Shown here piece by piece: positions 58,030-64,000 of a DNA stretch of 64,000 nucleotides (its first letter is position 1; each line of letters starts with the position of its first letter). The DNA is from Candidatus Thalassarchaeaceae archaeon (GTDB taxonomy: Archaea; Thermoplasmatota; Poseidoniia; Poseidoniales; Thalassarchaeaceae): positions 68,807 to 132,806 of the forward strand of contig JAJPRE010000001.1 in the NCBI GenBank assembly GCA_023700245.1, written 5' to 3'. The position numbers and the translations under genes are program-made. Under the pieces are notes generated by a model. That model saw only the letters and a list, made by a program, of their open reading frames with translations. It had not been told where the DNA came from and made no database searches.

Positions 58030-60567
58030 TTAATCATTGTTTTTTACTAATTTATTGGCTGAAACAATCATATTATCAACAAGTTTTTTACTCCATCCGC
58101 GTAGATCAGAAAGCTTATATCTGTCATTTTCAGTCATCATAACAACATCTCTAGCATTACTAAATCCTAACTTATCACTCATTTCTCTTGCTCTAATTCT
58201 ACCTATTCCCTGTATTGAAACAAGTCCTAATAAATCATTTTTACAACCATATTTTACTCTTTTATGGACTTCATTTATTGCATTAACTAATACTTTATGT
58301 GATTCCCTATTTCTATTACGTAATTCTTCATCTTCTATAAGTATTCTTTCCATAGCATAAAGAAGCCATTCGGATAGTTCTACTCTACTTCTCAAATCTC
58401 CTGGTTGAACGCTCCATTTTTTTTCAAAATCTTCATACTTTAATTCATTTATCCAAGACTCTATTACTAATGCTCCTTTCATTAATCCAGTTTCATCTAA
58501 CTCTTTAGTATCAATTAATATTTCTCTAGAGTGATTAAATATTGAAGACTGTATGATCTCAATATCGCCAATTTTGGGCCAAATAGGTAAAAAATCTGGA
58601 GTACAACAAACAAGATGAATTAGGCCTAATGGTGAAATTTGATAATAATCATTATCACCAATTAATGTAGACATCGCTCTCTCTAAGCCATCTCTAATTA
58701 TTCTACCAGATAATGGATTTAGATATAATCTTGAGATTCTCATTCCAAGATTTGTTGCCCTATATGTCATTGTAAAAGATTCCGGCAAGACTTCCTCTTG
58801 TTCTTTAATTTCACTTGCTTTAGTAAAGCCAAAGATAGCAGGTCCCTTCCTTGGTTTCTTTATTTTATTATCTTCTATATTTATTTTTGAAATATCGATA
58901 TTCAATACATTAGATGCTGAATTTACCCATGAGGGGACATCATCAGCCCAATTATCTTCTTTCTTTATTGCTTCATATTTCAGAATCCTTTGTTTAACAA
59001 TATTTGAATCTCCTTCTCTTGTTATCATCCCATTATTCACGAGCCAATCAATTGATTCATCGATTCTTGATGCTAGATTATCAGAATTCATGTGTGTAGA
59101 TAAAAATGTCATTGAAAAAAATCTACTTAATGCATCTCTATCTTCTAATCCTCCCGTGGCTATCATTGACAATAAATGAGTCAACAATGCCGGATCTTCT
59201 TCTGCTTTCAATGAGTTTGGATTTGCTAATTTTGATACTACATTTTCAGATTCACTATTTATATACCGATTTACTAATACTTCTACTTCATTGGAATTCT
59301 TAGCTAAAATCCAGGATTCTCCTCTATCATCATATTTTGGTCTGCCAGCCCTCCCCATCATTTGTCTTATTTCCATTACAGAAATTGGAATATTGGTTCC
59401 AGCTATTGTATTCCATCTCTTATGGTCACGAATAACTACTCTTCTTGCCGGTAAATTAACTCCCTGTGCAAGGGTTGGTGTGGCGACTAAACAGTTAATT
59501 TCTCCATTTCTAAATGCCCCTTCTACTTTTTTTCTATGTCCGTTACTCAAACCAGCATGATGAAAACCCACTCCTCCCTTTATTGATGAAATTAATTTAT
59601 TACCTAACGCAGTTTGATTATCACTTTCAGATAATTTCTCAGATAATAACTTCCATAATTTAATATTTTCATTAGTAAATACCGACCCTTCAATCTCAGA
59701 CCTTTTTATAACATACTTAGCTAAATCTCTGGCTTCCTTTTGAGCAGAGGCTCGTGAGGCTACAAAAATTAATAATTGGCCATTTGATTTTACAGTATCT
59801 TCAAGGACTGCTGACAATTTCTGAGTGACTCTTCCTTCAATTATTCTATTTTTTGGATTTTCTTCTTTTTTCCTACTGTCTATCCTATGAATACTAACTT
59901 CAAGCCCATTTAATATTCCATATTCTAATGATACTGGTCGCCAAGTAGATTTTATTAATTTTGCATCCAACCAATTAGATAATTCTTCTGAGTTACCAAC
60001 AGTTGCAGATAATGCTATAATTTGAACATCAGGTTTTCTATGTCTAATTCTAGATAGAACTATTTCCAATGTCGGCCCTCTTCCTGGATCATTTATTAAG
60101 TGAAATTCATCTGTAATTACAATCCCAATTTTATCCATAATTCCAGAACTTGTACGAATTAAAGAATCTAATTTTTCACTCGTACAGACCATTATATCAG
60201 AATTTTCAATTGATGACCTTTCACTCTCTCTATCTCCAATTGCCAATCCTACTTTCAAATCAGTATGTGCTGTAATCTCCCGTAATTCACTCATTTTTTC
60301 CTGTGCTAGTGCCTTCAATGGGACTACATATACTGCTTTTTGACCCTTTAGATCATTTGTTAATCTGTGGACTATAGTCAGGTGAGCAATTAATGATTTA
60401 CCGCTTGCAGTCGGAATTGTTAACATCACATTGTCCCCATTAAGTGAATATGGCAAAGCTTCCGCTTGAGGGGGAAATAATTTTTTTATACCCCATTCCT
60501 TATCTACAGCCAATATGAGTTCTGCATCAAGACCAAACTTATCTAGACTAACCGAAGGGTCTCCCAC
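58030..60567 (-). CDS. hel308: Ski2-like helicase Hel308
   Basis: Helicase motifs PTASGKS, TDEFH, SAT and MMGRAGRP, with a C-terminal HhH-like domain (GLVSIQGIGRIRAREM). 845 aa, with a roughly 75-aa insert in the winged-helix region. Confidence 0.9.
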   Translation of the reverse strand: MGDPSVSLDKFGLDAELILAVDKEWGIKKLFPPQAEALPYSLNGDNVMLTIPTASGKSLIAHLTIVHRLTNDLKGQKAVYVVPLKALAQEKMSELREITAHTDLKVGLAIGDRESERSSIENSDIMVCTSEKLDSLIRTSSGIMDKIGIVITDEFHLINDPGRGPTLEIVLSRIRHRKPDVQIIALSATVGNSEELSNWLDAKLIKSTWRPVSLEYGILNGLEVSIHRIDSRKKEENPKNRIIEGRVTQKLSAVLEDTVKSNGQLLIFVASRASAQKEARDLAKYVIKRSEIEGSVFTNENIKLWKLLSEKLSESDNQTALGNKLISSIKGGVGFHHAGLSNGHRKKVEGAFRNGEINCLVATPTLAQGVNLPARRVVIRDHKRWNTIAGTNIPISVMEIRQMMGRAGRPKYDDRGESWILAKNSNEVEVLVNRYINSESENVVSKLANPNSLKAEEDPALLTHLLSMIATGGLEDRDALSRFFSMTFLSTHMNSDNLASRIDESIDWLVNNGMITREGDSNIVKQRILKYEAIKKEDNWADDVPSWVNSASNVLNIDISKINIEDNKIKKPRKGPAIFGFTKASEIKEQEEVLPESFTMTYRATNLGMRISRLYLNPLSGRIIRDGLERAMSTLIGDNDYYQISPLGLIHLVCCTPDFLPIWPKIGDIEIIQSSIFNHSREILIDTKELDETGLMKGALVIESWINELKYEDFEKKWSVQPGDLRSRVELSEWLLYAMERILIEDEELRNRNRESHKVLVNAINEVHKRVKYGCKNDLLGLVSIQGIGRIRAREMSDKLGFSNARDVVMMTENDRYKLSDLRGWSKKLVDNMIVSANKLVKNND

Positions 60568-60638
60568 AATCCCCCTATTATTCGGATGTTCTAAAGGATA
60601 CCTACTATCTAATTATTAATTATTTACCAATATATTCG

Positions 60639-61115
60639 CTAATGCCATCTATGATATGCTGGATGCCCTTCACCAATTGCTACAAAAAGACCTTCTCCTG
60701 TTGCACAGACTTTTTCATCAGCTTTCAGGATTAACTCAACTTTAACTGATTTAGTATCAATTTCTACTACCCTTCCTTGAATTAAAAGTTTAGAATTTAA
60801 GGGAGTAGGCCTTCTTAATTTAATGCTATATGATGCTGTAACTGTACAAGGAGGAAATTTATCTCCTGATTTATCCATAAGGGCTATTGCAGCTACCCAA
60901 TTTCCATGGCAATCTAGCAATGTTCCAATAATTCCTCCATTAATAATTCCTGGGAATGCCTGATGTTCTTCAGAAGTTTCAAATTCCATTTCCAATCCTT
61001 CATCGTTTCTGAAAGATTTAATCCTCAATCCTTTTTTATTTGCAGGCCCGCATCCAAAGCATATGCTATTTGAAGCATATTTTTCTTGTACTGACAGAAT
61101 ATTTTTGTTACTCAT
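60639..61115 (-). CDS. Hotdog-fold thioesterase (PaaI/THEM4-like)
   Basis: N-terminal CFGCGPANKKGL and GIINGGIIGTLLDC blocks, typical of PaaI-type acyl-CoA thioesterases. 158 aa. Confidence 0.7.
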   Translation of the reverse strand: MSNKNILSVQEKYASNSICFGCGPANKKGLRIKSFRNDEGLEMEFETSEEHQAFPGIINGGIIGTLLDCHGNWVAAIALMDKSGDKFPPCTVTASYSIKLRRPTPLNSKLLIQGRVVEIDTKSVKVELILKADEKVCATGEGLFVAIGEGHPAYHRWH

Positions 61116-61157
61116 GGCCTATTAGAACAAGACTTTCCAATTGAATTATTCCCTAAA

Positions 61158-62564
61158 TTGAAAGTATATCCTATTAATTCAGTCGCCTTGCGGAAGGCGT
61201 TGACTGCCTCCGATGACGATATTTTATCAAATTCTGTAACCCCTAGTGAAGGTATCGAAAAAATTGTTCCGAGATTAAAGAAAAGACGTTTTGGACCTCT
61301 TAAAGTCTCAAACCAAATACCAAAGAGTAGAAGATTGGAGATAGAGAAAGGTTTGGAAGAATCAACTAAAATTTCTAATAAGTGGACGAGAGAAGGAGGT
61401 GTGAGAAATCATAACTTCTTGAGAAAAAGAATCAAGCCAGGGACTATAAGAAATCTTCACTTTAATTTATTAGATATAGAAATTGGTGAATCTTGGCCCA
61501 TAAATATTACAGTTGTCCATGGAGTAAGGCCAGGCCCAGTTGTGACTCTTTTAGGGGCAGTTCATGGCGATGAACTAGTAGGCCCTCTTGCGTTGACTTA
61601 CCTCAGTGGACCAAATTTCATTGGCGAAGATCACGCCATAGACCCTTCATCATTGTCTGGAACAATTAGAATAGTTTCAGTAATCAATTTACCCGGATAT
61701 TTTCGTCAAAAAAGAGACTTCCCCGATGGTAGAGATCTAAATAGGCATTTTCCTGGTAATTTTGAAAGTAATACTACTTCACGAGTAGCAAGTAGAATTT
61801 GGTCGAATATTATTTCTGGAAGTGATTATATTGTTGATCTTCACTCAGCTGCAAAAGGAAGGACCAACATGCCTCAAATACGTGTTAATCTAGCCCATTC
61901 ATCTAGCAATGCCACTGCTCGTGCTTTCGGAATTGAAACAATTCTGGATACAAAAGGTCCACGAGGCTCACTAAGAAGAACTGCCAATGAATCAGATATA
62001 GCCTGTATTACATACGAGGGAGGAGGAGCAGATGAGGCCGATCCAGAGGCAGTACAGGTTGCAATGTATGGAATTCTCAACGTCCTAAGGAATCTTAGGA
62101 TGATTCAAGGATATCCTAGTAGGCCAAGATTTAGGATTCTTGCTTCAGGTTCAGAATGGCTAAGGTCAAATCAAGGTGGATTGTTAGATGTTTTAGCGCC
62201 AGCTGGAAGTTATGTAAAGAAAGGCGAAATAGTTGCTACGGTAACAGATCCACGCGAACCAGGAATTAGTCATGATATAATTTCTCCAAATCAAGGACTT
62301 TTGATATGTACTGCAACCTATCCCTTTGTGACCTCTGGTACTCCAATTGGTCATTTATTGCCTATGAAAAGAGGAATCAAGACCCTGATGGAAAGATTAG
62401 ATGATGAAGGTTGTTTGATTATTAGCGGTTCTGATGGGGATCCTCCATGGCGTGAAGATGATGATGTTGAGGATATATCCGTAGTTGGAGGATGGTCTGG
62501 CGGATCTCCTGATGCCGAATGGGGATTTAATGATAAACCGTCTGAGGAAGAAGAAGCAGATTAA
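61158..62564 (+). CDS. Succinylglutamate desuccinylase/aspartoacylase (AstE/AspA) family zinc hydrolase
   Basis: Motifs GAVHGDELVG, DLNRHFPG and VDLHSA. TTG start. About 100-aa N-terminal extension and an acidic tail ending SEEEEAD. Confidence 0.75.
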   Translation: MKVYPINSVALRKALTASDDDILSNSVTPSEGIEKIVPRLKKRRFGPLKVSNQIPKSRRLEIEKGLEESTKISNKWTREGGVRNHNFLRKRIKPGTIRNLHFNLLDIEIGESWPINITVVHGVRPGPVVTLLGAVHGDELVGPLALTYLSGPNFIGEDHAIDPSSLSGTIRIVSVINLPGYFRQKRDFPDGRDLNRHFPGNFESNTTSRVASRIWSNIISGSDYIVDLHSAAKGRTNMPQIRVNLAHSSSNATARAFGIETILDTKGPRGSLRRTANESDIACITYEGGGADEADPEAVQVAMYGILNVLRNLRMIQGYPSRPRFRILASGSEWLRSNQGGLLDVLAPAGSYVKKGEIVATVTDPREPGISHDIISPNQGLLICTATYPFVTSGTPIGHLLPMKRGIKTLMERLDDEGCLIISGSDGDPPWREDDDVEDISVVGGWSGGSPDAEWGFNDKPSEEEEAD

Positions 62565-62568
62565 AACT

Positions 62569-64000
62569 TCAATCCTTCTTATAATTCATTAATTCTGGAA
62601 TTTCAGGTGCAGATGGTAATGTGATATTTTGGCCGCCTCCATTTACAGTTCCTGTAACTTCAAAAGCGTCGTAAGCATCCTTTAAATTTTTATTTCTATC
62701 TATCTTAATTCCAATAAATGTCCCGATTAATGAAATTAATATTAAGAATGTAACTATTGAAATAATTCCAAATGTACTACTTATAAATGATGCAGCATCA
62801 TTATTTTGAATGGAATTTCTAATCCAAACATTTGTATCTATTGTATGATTTAATTCTGTAGTTATTCCTAAATCGACTATTGTTATTGTAATATTCTGTA
62901 CTCTGTTACCTTCAGTACAAAGATGAGTTGCTAAATCAGTTCTGTAATTATCGTTACAGTCTAAAGGTGGAATAAATAATCTTAAACCATCTGAGGAAGT
63001 ATTTTCATTTATAGAAAAACCTTCAAATCTCCAAGATATTGTGCGTTCTATGGTATTTGGCACTCCTTCTAAATTTATTATTAGCGATTTATTTCCAGAA
63101 TCCCAAAAGTAATCATTTTCTAATATTGGAATAGTCTGTATCGAATCCCTTCTAATTACATCTTCATCTATTTCTTCATTACAATTATCATCAAATCCAT
63201 TCCAAATCTCACTAACTCCAGAATTGATTGTAAACATTAAATCATTACAATCCTCAAATTCATAAAATCCATCCATGTCTTTATCATAATCATATTTTGA
63301 TGGATTTGAAAATTTAACTGAAACTTCATATCCATCTAACATTCCATCTTCATCTGAATCATTAATATAAGGATTCGTGGAGTAATTATGATATTCTTCA
63401 AAATCTGAAAGCCCATCCATGTCTGAATCTAAGATTAAATAATCCTCATCTATATCTCCGTCACAGTCATTATCCTTATTATCTAATTTTTCTGGTTTAT
63501 CCGGGGCCCGCTCAAAGTCTTCATCATCACAGTCTTGGAATTCATACCACCCATCAGAGTCAAAATCTAGATTTATTTTATTAGGATCAGAGTCAAAAGA
63601 ATCAACTTCTATACCATCTGGCAAACCATCTCCATCAGAATCCCCATCCATTGGGTCAGTTGAGTAATTATGATATTCCTCATAATCTGTCAATCCATCA
63701 TTATCTGAATCTAAGTTCCAGAATAGTTCATCTATCAAATTGTTACAATTATTATCTATATCATCTAATAATTCAATCATTCCAGGATATTTATTTGACA
63801 TATTGTCATCACAATCTTCGAACCAATACCACCCATCTTCATCTTCATCTAGGTCAAATACTAATGGATTAGTCAATGTTACTAAAATTTCCTCAGAATC
63901 ATTTAATCCATCACCATCAGTATCATAATTGGTGAAATTAGTTCCATGAATATAATATTCTTCCCAGTCTATTAATCCATCATTGTCTTGATCAGTTAGA
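62569..64000 (-). CDS. Anchored surface protein with tandem Ca-binding (thrombospondin type 3-like) and Cys-rich modules; 5-prime end outside window
   Basis: The frame stays open from 63876 to the window edge (hand translation ...TDQDNDGLIDWEEY...DTDGDGLNDSEE...). Repeated DxDxDG loops and DC[DN]D...[DN][DN]C[DN]xxIDE units are present. C-terminal TM (IISIVTFLILISLIGTFIGI). Confidence 0.75.
   Translation of the reverse strand, partial: LTDQDNDGLIDWEEYYIHGTNFTNYDTDGDGLNDSEEILVTLTNPLVFDLDEDEDGWYWFEDCDDNMSNKYPGMIELLDDIDNNCNNLIDELFWNLDSDNDGLTDYEEYHNYSTDPMDGDSDGDGLPDGIEVDSFDSDPNKINLDFDSDGWYEFQDCDDEDFERAPDKPEKLDNKDNDCDGDIDEDYLILDSDMDGLSDFEEYHNYSTNPYINDSDEDGMLDGYEVSVKFSNPSKYDYDKDMDGFYEFEDCNDLMFTINSGVSEIWNGFDDNCNEEIDEDVIRRDSIQTIPILENDYFWDSGNKSLIINLEGVPNTIERTISWRFEGFSINENTSSDGLRLFIPPLDCNDNYRTDLATHLCTEGNRVQNITITIVDLGITTELNHTIDTNVWIRNSIQNNDAASFISSTFGIISIVTFLILISLIGTFIGIKIDRNKNLKDAYDAFEVTGTVNGGGQNITLPSAPEIPELMNYKKD
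63154..64000 (-). repeat. Tandem 282-bp (94-aa) coding repeat, 3 copies visible, continuing past the window edge
   Basis: The modules starting LDSDNDGLTDYEEYHNYSTDP and LDSDMDGLSDFEEYHNYSTNP are 94 residues apart. Similarity is visible at DNA level, for example aattatgatattcttcaaaatctgaaagcccatccatgtctgaatctaag versus aattatgatattcctcataatctgtcaatccatcattatctgaatctaag. Confidence 0.8.

Noticed and set aside
1-64000. Search for CRISPR arrays, transposases, integrases, prophage genes, rRNA, toxin-antitoxin pairs and classical defence genes.
   Set aside because: No direct-repeat/spacer arrays were seen, and none of the ORFs carries recognisable motifs of these classes. The only DNA repeats seen are coding repeats at 63154-64000 and a short (ATT)6 run.

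Overview
This is an AT-rich, very gene-dense archaeal chromosome segment with about 56 protein genes and one tRNA. Most intergenic gaps are under 100 nt and many stop and start codons abut or overlap. Archaeal hallmarks are the aIF-1A/Rio/KH operon, RadA, an Hjc-like resolvase, Hel308, Cgi121, Cdc48, chromatin protein MC1, presenilin-type and S2P intramembrane proteases, and an initiator-like tRNA-Met with A1:U72. Metabolism looks aerobic and heterotrophic: complex I nuoL/M/N, succinate dehydrogenase, a three-subunit methylcrotonyl-CoA carboxylase with a hydratase, an aldehyde dehydrogenase, an M3 oligopeptidase, and pyrBI/pyrC. Composition, gene content and the large Ca-binding surface proteins fit a marine Thermoplasmatota / Marine Group II-like genome; that placement is inference, since no search was possible. 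GC was judged by eye, not computed. I saw no rRNA, CRISPR array, transposase, integrase, prophage or recognisable toxin-antitoxin or defence genes. Most of the window is housekeeping and I cannot point to a clear-cut new system. The best candidates for follow-up are: (1) an 8.2-kb plus-strand envelope block (44524-52672) sitting between minus-strand pyrBI and pyrC, encoding a sugar kinase, an anchored surface protein, a TM protein with helical-hairpin repeats, a membrane-tethered double-wHTH protein and a beta-propeller protein; (2) a DUF4350-like/DUF58/polytopic-membrane operon with no MoxR ATPase nearby; (3) a divergent pair of an atypical Hjc-like nuclease and a YqgF/RuvX-like RNase H-fold protein; (4) smaller items, namely an aIF-1A with a eukaryote-like acidic tail, an unannotated 36-aa zinc-ribbon ORF, a PRC-barrel gene coupled to cdc48, Shine-Dalgarno (SD) sites built into terminal Glu codons, and a 94-aa modular Ca-binding/Cys-rich repeat protein. 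All family assignments come from motif recognition by eye and from memory.
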